Shown piece by piece: positions 1 through 8,320 of a stretch of 64,000 nucleotides of DNA (position 1 is its first letter; every line of letters starts with the position of its first letter). The DNA comes from an uncultured Spirochaetota bacterium (GTDB taxonomy: Bacteria; Spirochaetota; Brevinematia; Brevinematales; JAOACQ01): the NCBI GenBank assembly GCA_963768055.1, contig CAVYGN010000001.1:96001-160000 (forward strand). The letters are read 5' to 3'. The position numbers and the translations under genes were made by a program. The notes beneath the pieces were generated by a model. The model worked only from the letters and a program-made list of their open reading frames with translations. It was not told where the DNA came from and ran no database searches.

Positions 1-194
1 TAATTGTTTCATTTAGCCGGCTAAGCCGGCTGTATTGTCCTCTTCATCAGTAAATCCTCCAGATGCAGGTACATAATATGGCCTGCATTTTATTATTGAG
101 GGAGATCCGGCGAATTCAATAGTCATGCAACTTTTTCTCATAATGAATTAATAAGCTATAATATAATAACTTGAAATTTAGAGAGGCATATCTA

Positions 195-581
195 ATGGAT
201 AAAGATAAAGAACCTCCCATTTTTGACACAAACCCGCTTGTCCTCCGGGATGAGATGATTATGAAGCCTGTGCTGGCTTCAGGTCCCGGAGGCCAGCATA
301 TAAATAAGACATCGTCGGCAATCCAGGTCTATCATCAGAAATCCGGAATTCGTTTCCGGGTGCAGGATTCCCGCGACCAGTTCCAGAACAGAAAGATAGC
401 GGTAGAAAGGCTGGCAATGAAACTCGAAAAACTAAATGAAAAGAACAGATTAAAACTGGCTGAAAATAAAAGGAAAAATAAAGTATGGAAGAAACCTAGA
501 AAAATCAAAGAAATGATACTAAAAGACAAAAGGAAAATATCGGAAAAGAAGGAATCGCGAAAGGGACCCTTAGCCGATTAA
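195..581 (+). CDS. Peptide chain release factor-like protein (ArfB/YaeJ-type ribosome rescue factor)
   Basis: GPGGQHINKTSSA GGQ motif, RDQFQNRKIA motif, basic C-terminal tail; ATG at 195 follows GAGAGG RBS. Confidence 0.85.
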   Translation: MDKDKEPPIFDTNPLVLRDEMIMKPVLASGPGGQHINKTSSAIQVYHQKSGIRFRVQDSRDQFQNRKIAVERLAMKLEKLNEKNRLKLAENKRKNKVWKKPRKIKEMILKDKRKISEKKESRKGPLAD

Positions 582-796
582 AGGTTGTATTTAACCTTGA
601 TCTCCTGTTCGGCTTTTAACCAATCCGATATTTCATTGCCTGGCATTCCATTATTTTTCCTTTCCAGATAAAGTTCATAAGATCGTTTTTTAATTTCATT
701 CAAAAAATCTTTGAGTTCCGGCTTTACTTTCGGGCTCCTCTTTTTTGCAGTTTTTTTTGCCGGTTTTTTTGTCGAGGTCTCTTTTTTTGAAGCCAT
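578..796 (-). CDS. Small DUF2934-like protein with Lys-rich N-terminus
   Basis: IKKRSYELYLER...G...DWLKAEQEI pattern; ATG at 796 preceded by AGGAGGGG. Confidence 0.7.
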   Translation of the reverse strand: MASKKETSTKKPAKKTAKKRSPKVKPELKDFLNEIKKRSYELYLERKNNGMPGNEISDWLKAEQEIKVKYNL

Positions 797-974
797 AATA
801 ATTCCCCTCCTAAACACTAAAAGAATTATAATAATCGCCCTGCAATAAAGCAAAATAATTAAAGGGTCGGCAAGCTTATAAAAAATTCCCTACGGCTCTT
901 TGCAGCGGGTCATAATTCCTGTTATAATTTTTAAGGATTTCATATAAGTCCGGTTATTTTAGGAAGATATCACG

Positions 975-2078
975 ATGCCCTTTGACAAAATTATGAAAAT
1001 AATTGTGAAACCTTATACACTGGGATTGCTATTACTGATAACCGGATGCGAATTGAATCCGGAAGGCAGCAATCAACATGTCAGTCCAAGGAATTCCAGC
1101 TCTTCGTCATCGTCGTCATCGCAGTCCCATTCGTCAGTCAGCAACCCGACAAATTTGGTTTTAAATCATTTCGGGACACAAATTATAGGCAATCACTTCC
1201 AGGTGATCGTTTCAAGCTGGCTTAGTAACGGTTCAACATATTTTGCCACAAACTCATTATTAGACAAGGAAGATATCAGCATCCTTTTCGCTTGCGAACA
1301 AACCCCTGTTATCTTTAATGGAAAATATTATGAAGTAGTCTCCGTGCATCCGGCTGTCGGAGGCCAGGAGAATAATATTAATACTTATATTGTCGTAATG
1401 AATGTTGATGGAGTAAATAATATAGTCGCCAGGACAGGCACCTTTACAAGCATGTGCTGCGCTATTGTAAATGGCGGCACTCTTTATATATACGGTACTT
1501 TATTGAGCAGAAACGGCATAACCAGAGATTGCCAGATTCCCTGGGTATTTTATACTCAGGACCTCATTAACTTTCAATCTAACCAGGTATTTTCAACAGA
1601 CCCGACGAATACGATCTTTAATACCAGTGTTTGTTTTGATGGTACCAGATATGTTATGGCGCTGGAAGCGGGTTATTTTAATCCGGTATTCGCGCAATCT
1701 GCCGACGGGAAGAATTTTACTCTGATGAACCTTAAATATCAGAACGGAAGTTATAATGCATGTCCGACTATACGCTATTCAAACGGTTATTATTATATGA
1801 TTTATCTTATTTATACGAATGGCCTGTATAATGAAATGATCACAAGGACTGCCGACTTTGTCAATTGGCAGGATTCAGTCAAGAATCCGGTTTTAGTTCC
1901 CGATTCTTTTGACATGAAGGATCCGTCGTGCATTGATACTTCGGATATAGATATGGTCGAATATGGGGGGCAGCTTCATGTTTATTATTGCATCGGCAAT
2001 CAGTCCAGCTGGTTCAATATAAGGCGCGCCTATTATAATGGGACTATGGCCAATTTTTTCAACTGGTTTTATATGTGA
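975..2078 (+). CDS. Lipoprotein, putative beta-propeller glycoside hydrolase-like
   Basis: Lipobox LLITGC, Ser-rich linker, propeller-like blades (ACPTIRYSNGYYYMIY, RTADFVNW, KNPVL, DTSDIDMVE). Confidence 0.55.
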   Translation: MPFDKIMKIIVKPYTLGLLLLITGCELNPEGSNQHVSPRNSSSSSSSSSQSHSSVSNPTNLVLNHFGTQIIGNHFQVIVSSWLSNGSTYFATNSLLDKEDISILFACEQTPVIFNGKYYEVVSVHPAVGGQENNINTYIVVMNVDGVNNIVARTGTFTSMCCAIVNGGTLYIYGTLLSRNGITRDCQIPWVFYTQDLINFQSNQVFSTDPTNTIFNTSVCFDGTRYVMALEAGYFNPVFAQSADGKNFTLMNLKYQNGSYNACPTIRYSNGYYYMIYLIYTNGLYNEMITRTADFVNWQDSVKNPVLVPDSFDMKDPSCIDTSDIDMVEYGGQLHVYYCIGNQSSWFNIRRAYYNGTMANFFNWFYM

Positions 2079-2145
2079 TGATATGCCCCGGGATGGCAAA
2101 CCAGGCTTTGAATCAAAAATTTTTATTAAAAATATATGCAATAAC

Positions 2146-2174
2146 TTGACACTACGAAATAACGGGATTATCCT
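2146..2174 (+). promoter_or_regulatory. Sigma-70-type promoter of RRM gene
   Basis: TTGACA-17nt-TATCCT just upstream of AGGAG RBS and ATG 2192. Confidence 0.6.
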
Positions 2175-2191
2175 TATTTAGGAGTTGAAAA

Positions 2192-2455
2192 ATGAAACTT
2201 TATGTAGGAAATCTATCGTTCAACATGACCGATTCGAGTTTGAGTGATATTTTTAAGGAATTCGGCGCTGTGAATGAAGTTACCATCGTTATTGACCGCG
2301 AATCAGGTAGATCGAAAGGTTTCGGGTTCATTGAAATGCCAAATCAGGCTGAAGCTGAAGAAGCTATCAAGCAGCTTGACGGCAAGGAAGTTGACGGCAG
2401 AAAAATTAAAGTGAATGTCGCCAAACCGAAAGAAGATCGTTCTCGCCGCTATTAG
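2192..2455 (+). CDS. RNA-binding protein (RRM/RNP-1)
   Basis: RNP2 KLYVGNL and RNP1 KGFGFIEM motifs. Confidence 0.95.
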   Translation: MKLYVGNLSFNMTDSSLSDIFKEFGAVNEVTIVIDRESGRSKGFGFIEMPNQAEAEEAIKQLDGKEVDGRKIKVNVAKPKEDRSRRY

Positions 2456-2569
2456 TCAATTTTCCGCATTGCTTCAGAGGATTGTCTGGAACCGCTGTCA
2501 AAGAAGTCATAGAGGTGTTTATTTTATATCGCCTCAAGAGGCGTTTGTGCCGTACAATGAGGATGTGAG

Positions 2570-2840
2570 AGAGGCTGAGAAATTAGGGCTGTTAAAATAT
2601 CCTCTTTATCCGAACGGGCGGATAGTCTTACCGCGACAGCGGGCTTTTTGATCAGTCCTGATAGAGCGCGGCAGGATCCAAATCCTTTGATGAAGAAGCG
2701 GGAATGCCTGTTTCAATAATATCGACGCCTGATTTTTCAATCTGAATCGCAACGGCAATTTTGTCTTCAATTGAAAAGCCGATACCCGGCCCCTTTTCTC
2801 CTACCTGAAGAGTCGTATCGAGTATGAATAGCTTTTTCAT
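2570..2840 (-). pseudogene. 2-isopropylmalate synthase (LeuA-family) N-terminal remnant
   Basis: ILDTTLQVGEKGPG...GVDIIETGIPASS resembles the LeuA N-terminus (DTTLRDGEQ degenerate); after a frameshift near 2680 similarity continues (SCRALSGLIKKPAVAVRLSARSDKEDILTAL) and then stops; AAGGAGG RBS intact. Confidence 0.75.
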
Positions 2841-3146
2841 GTTATACCTCCTTTAAGCAAATACCTTTTTCCTGCCATTGATTATCAATAGCAATTTTAT
2901 TTTATCCTGCCATGGACATGCAATTTGCCTCAAAGTAAGGAATAAAAGGTTTTTCCTTATTTCCCGGAAATTGATACCAATCTAAAAAGTGATTAATATT
3001 TAATCATTTTTATATAATAAGATTATATTATAATCTGGTTAAATTATTTTAGCATAATAATTACTCATTATTTTGAAATTGCAGTAGCTCATTTAACTTA
3101 TTTGATAATAAGGAATTATAATATCACCTGATTAAAATATAGAATG

Positions 3147-3163
3147 TTGGTATAAATATTGCT
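3147..3163 (+). promoter_or_regulatory. Sigma-54 (-24/-12) promoter
   Basis: TTGGTATAAATATTGCT = GG-N10-GC, about 40 bp upstream of a nitrogen-related APC/P-II gene. Confidence 0.65.
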
Positions 3164-3202
3164 TCATTTATTTAAAGAGATTTTTAGATAAAGGAGGATT
3201 CT

Positions 3203-5104
3203 ATGTCTGAAAGAATAATAACCGGTCCGAAGATTGTTCCGACTCTGGGTTTTATGGGCGCTGCAATTAACGCAATGGCGCTGATCGCTCCCGGGGCGTT
3301 TCTCTGGATCACATACCAGATGCAGGCCGCGGCCACGGCTACAAGCGGGGCGTCTGCGGCGCTGGATATGTGGCCGGGTATATTAGTCGCTCTTGTGCTG
3401 GCTTTTTTGACGGCCCTGTCCTACGCGGAACTCGCAAGGATATATCCGGAAGCCGGTTTTGCAAGCTGCGCTTACTTCGCGGAGAAGGCTTGCCTTGATG
3501 CTGCAAAGGAAAAACGTGCGGCCCCCGCTTCTTTCGCACGTCTCTCCAAACTTGTGACCGGCTGGGCCGCCCACCTGTTCTACTGGGTTTACCCCGGCGT
3601 TATGGTGGCCATGATGTCGATACTCATAGGCTATATATATAATGCTGTAACGGGCCAGACCCTCTCGAACACGGTCCTGGTCATCATCGGTATAGTTTTT
3701 GCCTTCGTCATGGGTTATATCGCTTACAGGGGCGTCAATGGCTCCACGAAGACCAATATTGTGGTAAATATAATCCAGTGGGTGGCTATTGTTGTATTTA
3801 GCGGCCTTGCGATATGGTACAGGATATCCAACCCCGAACATGTTCAAAACTGGTCTTTTACCGGCACGTACGATATCCTCAAATTCCACAATATCCAGGC
3901 CGTACTGGTTCAGTCCACGATCGCCATCCTTATACTCGTCGGCTTCGAAAGCGCGACCGCGCTGGGCGCCGAGACAAAAGAGCCGGGGAAAAATATCCCC
4001 AAGGCTATAATCCTGGCGTTATTTGTCCAGGGTGTTATAGCGTACCTCTTCGAATACTTCGCGGCAAACCTTATGGCCAGTGAAAAGCTTACAGGTACGA
4101 TTACTGTTGCGGCGACTGCCTCAGCTAAAGCTTACACGAAGACTGTGACCGGCATGGACTGGCTTGCCGCATCTTCCGCGCCGATCGGCGATATGACGAG
4201 GCTTCTCGGCGACAAACTCCTGGGCGGTATAGGCTTCGGGCTTATGATAATCATGGCTGTAACCGTCGCGATAGCGGTAATAGGCACGACCCTTAGCTGT
4301 ATGAATACTGCCGTCCGGGTGACGAACGGCATGGCAGCGGACAGGGAACTTCCGGAATTCCTGGGGTTCCTCCACACCGAGCATAAGTCTCCGCATACCG
4401 CCATCTGGGTGCTTGTCGCAGTTTCCTGTGTAATAGCGGCTATCGGCATACCGAATATTGTCGGTTTGACGGGCATTACCCTTGCATCCAACTTCGGCAC
4501 GTTCGTCCTGTACGGTTTCGTATGCATATGGACTATAATCGCTTTTAAAGGCCGAAAGGATTTTAACCTGCTCAGGCATGGCGTTATTCCTGCAGGAGGG
4601 CTGATCCTGAACATCCTGATGCTTGCAGGGATAATCTACCTGAACTTTACCGGAACGGCGGATAATGTTACCGAAGCGAGTATATGTTTTTACATAGCGG
4701 GCGGCTTTGCTCTTGTAAGCTTCCTGTATGTGGTGATTACGACCGTCAACAAGAATTATAGCATGAAAATGATATCGGCGATGATACGTCCTGAAAAGCT
4801 GGGAATACTTGTCGCTGTGTTAAAGGAAGAATCCCTTGTCCAGGGCATGACTGTTACAAAAGTCAAGGGTTTCGGCCGGACATACGGCAAGGTCGATCCG
4901 GATGAACCGGTCGACGAGAAGATAAGCTTTATCCCCAAAACCAGGATCGATATAGTCGTAAACGACTGGGATGTTCCCCATGTCCTGGCTATAATGAAGG
5001 AAGTTTTAAGGACCGGTAAAGCCGGTGACGGCAAGATCTTTGTTACCGACACAAAGGAAACCTTGAGGGTTTCCACCGGTGAAACAGGGGTCCTTGCCGT
5101 ATAG
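3203..5104 (+). CDS. APC-family amino acid permease fused to a C-terminal P-II domain
   Basis: Multiple TM helices with YAELA, GFESATALGAETKEP, MAADRELP motifs; from about 4763 a P-II domain (IRPEK, GMTVTKVKGFGR, RTGKAGDGKIFV, RVSTGETG). Confidence 0.9.
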   Translation: MSERIITGPKIVPTLGFMGAAINAMALIAPGAFLWITYQMQAAATATSGASAALDMWPGILVALVLAFLTALSYAELARIYPEAGFASCAYFAEKACLDAAKEKRAAPASFARLSKLVTGWAAHLFYWVYPGVMVAMMSILIGYIYNAVTGQTLSNTVLVIIGIVFAFVMGYIAYRGVNGSTKTNIVVNIIQWVAIVVFSGLAIWYRISNPEHVQNWSFTGTYDILKFHNIQAVLVQSTIAILILVGFESATALGAETKEPGKNIPKAIILALFVQGVIAYLFEYFAANLMASEKLTGTITVAATASAKAYTKTVTGMDWLAASSAPIGDMTRLLGDKLLGGIGFGLMIIMAVTVAIAVIGTTLSCMNTAVRVTNGMAADRELPEFLGFLHTEHKSPHTAIWVLVAVSCVIAAIGIPNIVGLTGITLASNFGTFVLYGFVCIWTIIAFKGRKDFNLLRHGVIPAGGLILNILMLAGIIYLNFTGTADNVTEASICFYIAGGFALVSFLYVVITTVNKNYSMKMISAMIRPEKLGILVAVLKEESLVQGMTVTKVKGFGRTYGKVDPDEPVDEKISFIPKTRIDIVVNDWDVPHVLAIMKEVLRTGKAGDGKIFVTDTKETLRVSTGETGVLAV

Positions 5105-5129
5105 GATTTATCCTGAAAGGAGGCATTAA

Positions 5130-5407
5130 ATGAAAAGAATAGAAGCAATAGTAAGGCAGAAAAAGCGGGTGCTGTGGTAACGGCCCTTGGCCGGATCGGG
5201 CACCCGGGTATAATGATAAGCGAGATAGAAGGACATGGAAAACAGCATGGCCTGGAGGATAATGTCCGCGGAAAAAAATATACAATCGACCTGATAACCA
5301 AGACGCGTATCGAGATAATCGCTAAAGATCCCGATGTAAAAAAACTTGTCAATGCGATAAGAGAAGCGTTTTTACTTAATCATCGCAACCGTTCTTATAT
5401 TATTTAA
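5130..5407 (+). pseudogene. P-II family nitrogen regulator, frameshifted and 3'-truncated
   Basis: GGAGG RBS; MKRIEAIVR then frameshift at about 5157-5165 (stop 5178); the -1 frame continues EKAGAVVTALGRIGHPGIMISEIEGHGKQ...KTRIEI; TGxxGDGKIF loop missing where the convergent gene ends. Confidence 0.8.
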
Positions 5408-6637
5408 AAGCGTATCTGCATTCTTAAGCCATATGCCGACTTCCCTGTCATCATATGAAATTGCCCTTTCGGCCCATTGCCTGCAGTACGAACATACCAG
5501 GGATTTGTCATTTATAACCCTGTCGCTGCCCATTCCATCACAAACCTTTTTATCGCATTCATAGTTTGTTACAAATTTTTTTAAAAATCCGTCCAATTTT
5601 TTATTATCGATATAAAGGCTGGAAGGAAACTTAAAGAAATCAAAAAACCTGGCCAGTTCCTCCAGATTTGTTTTCCCTGCCGTGTCTTGCCCGGCCTTTT
5701 TAATCTCTTTAATATCTTTAATAGACGGCCAGAACATCAGGTCTAACAGGTTTCCTTTGTATTCTCTCGATATATAAGCCTGTGCAACCCTTGATAAAAA
5801 TTCGGTAGTTTTAGTTCTATCGACGAGCTTCATAGAAAAATTGTAATTACCCGTTTTATTGCAAAGCTCTTCATAGAGGTATATGTCCTCGGGCCTGATA
5901 AATTCGGCGGCTATATTATGTACGGGATATTTGAATTTTTCCGTGCAGCAATTCATTACATTGTAATCTATAATTAAATTTTCCGATGGGTCGCCTTTTC
6001 TGCTTGAATGCGACTGGCTTGTCGAGTGGGAAATACGATTAGGGCAATAGTGCAGGCATGAACTATTTGCAAAGATCCGGAGCGCAACATTTGAATTCCT
6101 GGTATAGCTCAGCATATCCTCAAGCAATTCAAAGTTTCTATTATTATAGTTTTGCAATGTGATTTCATCCGCGCCCATCTCTTCCCAATACTTTATGTGC
6201 TGCAGTTCGCAAATACAGGCGTGCGCCCCGATTGTAACCTTTAAATCCGGAAAAAGTTTTTTAACTATAGTCAATAGATATGAAGAATTAAGGGTTATCC
6301 GGTCCGTACCCATCTCTACAAGGGATTCAACCAGCCGGATCATTTCATTAAGGATGGTTTTATCAAATTCTTTATTTGCCAGACACATGGGATTTAAAAG
6401 GTAGTTAAACTGCAGTCCGTTATCATGGCAAAGTTTTATATAGCTTCCAAGCGACTCCCTGGAAAGCTCCGGTAGGAGCATAGAGTATCTTCCGCCTCCC
6501 ACAGCATCGCTTTTTTGCTTCCCATAGACAGATTTTATCGATTTTTCGATATCAATTTTTACTATCTCTTTAATTAATTGAGGATCGAAGTTCGTTGCCA
6601 GAGAATAATTCATTTTGAATTTTTCCGGACTTTGCAT
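5372..6637 (-). CDS. Peptidase U32-family protein (probable Fe-S enzyme)
   Basis: FNYLLNPMC, CLHYCPNR, FIRPEDI, MKLVDR motifs and Cys-rich C-terminus. Confidence 0.75.
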   Translation of the reverse strand: MQSPEKFKMNYSLATNFDPQLIKEIVKIDIEKSIKSVYGKQKSDAVGGGRYSMLLPELSRESLGSYIKLCHDNGLQFNYLLNPMCLANKEFDKTILNEMIRLVESLVEMGTDRITLNSSYLLTIVKKLFPDLKVTIGAHACICELQHIKYWEEMGADEITLQNYNNRNFELLEDMLSYTRNSNVALRIFANSSCLHYCPNRISHSTSQSHSSRKGDPSENLIIDYNVMNCCTEKFKYPVHNIAAEFIRPEDIYLYEELCNKTGNYNFSMKLVDRTKTTEFLSRVAQAYISREYKGNLLDLMFWPSIKDIKEIKKAGQDTAGKTNLEELARFFDFFKFPSSLYIDNKKLDGFLKKFVTNYECDKKVCDGMGSDRVINDKSLVCSYCRQWAERAISYDDREVGIWLKNADTLLNNIRTVAMIK

Positions 6638-6684
6638 TTCTTTATCTCCAAATTTGCCGCATACGGACGGCGATTGCAGGAGAT

Positions 6685-6713
6685 AGTATAAAATGAGGCA
6701 AAATAATAGTCAA
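6685..6713 (-). promoter_or_regulatory. Sigma-70-type promoter of U32 gene
   Basis: Minus strand TTGACT-17nt-TATACT. Confidence 0.55.
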
Positions 6714-6730
6714 AACCCTAAATGACCGGG

Positions 6731-8071
6731 TCATCGCGGCGGGATGTAGTCCCTGTATTCTTCAATCCAGCCGTTTTGAAGCATTACCCTGACTTTTGTT
6801 CTTCCTGTTATATTTTCAGGTAAAGGGCTTGTCCATGATTTGCCCGGAGGCAATGAAAAATTAGTCGAATAAGAGCTGTCTGATCCGTCAATAAGGACTT
6901 TTCCGTTCGTTATTCCGTATTCCGTAGGATTATCCAGCTGCAAAGTCATATCGGGATGAACTATTTCGATATTTACCGGATCGATGATCCTAATTAAAAC
7001 AATGCCGGGCCTTATATCGTTCGTACTGTTAAATTCGGATTGATAAAAAAGATATACATTGGTTTTGACTGTGAAAGCAGGGATTTTTACCGGGATGACG
7101 ACTGTTTCCTGATCCGCTGAAAATTTGATGTTTCCCGAGATTTTGGGATTTTTCTCCAGGTTAAAATGAATCATTCCGCCCTTTGACATATCTGTTTTAT
7201 CCCGGCGTAAATCCAGCAAAAGCGTTTCACCGGGGTAAATATGAACTTCGTTATTTTCAGGCTTGAATGCCGGATTTGTGCAATTGAACATGCATTTATA
7301 TAAAAACATGGTAATGTGTGTTACTGCGCTGTAAAAAAATTCGTCATTTTCCCCGAGGCCTCCTCCTTCCATGACTCCATGGCCCATGCCCTTCAAGGTA
7401 AGCAGTTCATTAAAGATACCCTTATCGGTTAGTAATCTTGAAAAATTGGCGCTGGTTTCATAAGGAACAAACTGATCTTTATCGCCATGGATCAGAATAG
7501 TCGGAGTATCGGTAAGCTTAAACGCCGGAAACGAAAATGACCCGTAAATACTTATTATCGCGAAAAGCCCGCTTTTATCCGGATAGTTGTGAGCGATTTC
7601 ACCGCCGGCTGAAGCTCCTCCAAGGGCGATGAAATTTGAATTTATTCCATACCTTACGCTGTTTTCTCTTACCCAGGCTACGGCTTTTTCCGTATCGGCT
7701 ATAGCGTTAGCATAAGCCTTCGCCCAATTCAATTCAGGATGATCCGCAAGGGTATAATTTATCGAAATAACGACATAACCCCGCCTTGCAAGAGCTTCGG
7801 CCAGGGTCTCTAGCTGTGTTTTATCGCCGGTGGAAAACCCTCCGCCATGCACAAGTATAATTGCAGGACGGCTTAATGCCTTATCTTTTGACGGCCTGTA
7901 AATATCCAAAGTAAGATTAGTATTCTGCGGGGAGTAAACCAGGTCATTTTCCGCATCGATTTTATCAAAAATCGGAATTAAGTAACGCAGGGTTTCATTG
8001 CCCTTATTCTGTGAAAATCCAACTGATGAAAATAGAACGGCAATTGTTAATATAAAAATGATTTTCCTCAT
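6731..8071 (-). CDS. Secreted alpha/beta hydrolase (esterase/lipase) with C-terminal extension
   Basis: Signal peptide; HGGGF oxyanion loop, GASAG nucleophile, HGDKD and MGHG catalytic motifs. Confidence 0.85.
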   Translation of the reverse strand: MRKIIFILTIAVLFSSVGFSQNKGNETLRYLIPIFDKIDAENDLVYSPQNTNLTLDIYRPSKDKALSRPAIILVHGGGFSTGDKTQLETLAEALARRGYVVISINYTLADHPELNWAKAYANAIADTEKAVAWVRENSVRYGINSNFIALGGASAGGEIAHNYPDKSGLFAIISIYGSFSFPAFKLTDTPTILIHGDKDQFVPYETSANFSRLLTDKGIFNELLTLKGMGHGVMEGGGLGENDEFFYSAVTHITMFLYKCMFNCTNPAFKPENNEVHIYPGETLLLDLRRDKTDMSKGGMIHFNLEKNPKISGNIKFSADQETVVIPVKIPAFTVKTNVYLFYQSEFNSTNDIRPGIVLIRIIDPVNIEIVHPDMTLQLDNPTEYGITNGKVLIDGSDSSYSTNFSLPPGKSWTSPLPENITGRTKVRVMLQNGWIEEYRDYIPPR

Positions 8072-8320
8072 TTGTTGCTCCTCTTTTTATTCAATTAACG
8101 GTTTAAGGCTTATATTCCGGAAATAAAGTGAAGGCTTGTCAGCCCCGCATTCGAATTATAACCAGCCGAAATCGTCGGTTTCGATCCTTTCATGCCGCCG
8201 CATGATACTAAAGTCATGCCAAAGGCGAAGCACACGTCGGCTGTTAAAGACTTGTGGACAATATTCATCAGTTTCTCCTGTTAAATATGTGGTAGATAAT
8301 TTCTTTGAAGTGTTTACTTT

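Noticed and set aside
13..31. TTAGCCGGCTAAGCCGGCT palindrome/duplication near a possible minus-strand start
   Set aside because: At the window edge; too little context to interpret.
1095..1142. TCGTCA microsatellite
   Set aside because: Encodes an ordinary poly-Ser linker after a lipobox.
2415..2651. 78-aa plus-strand ORF and a possible SAM-riboswitch-like CTCTTTATCC stretch
   Set aside because: Better explained as the antisense of the frameshifted LeuA remnant; SAM-I core elements not found.
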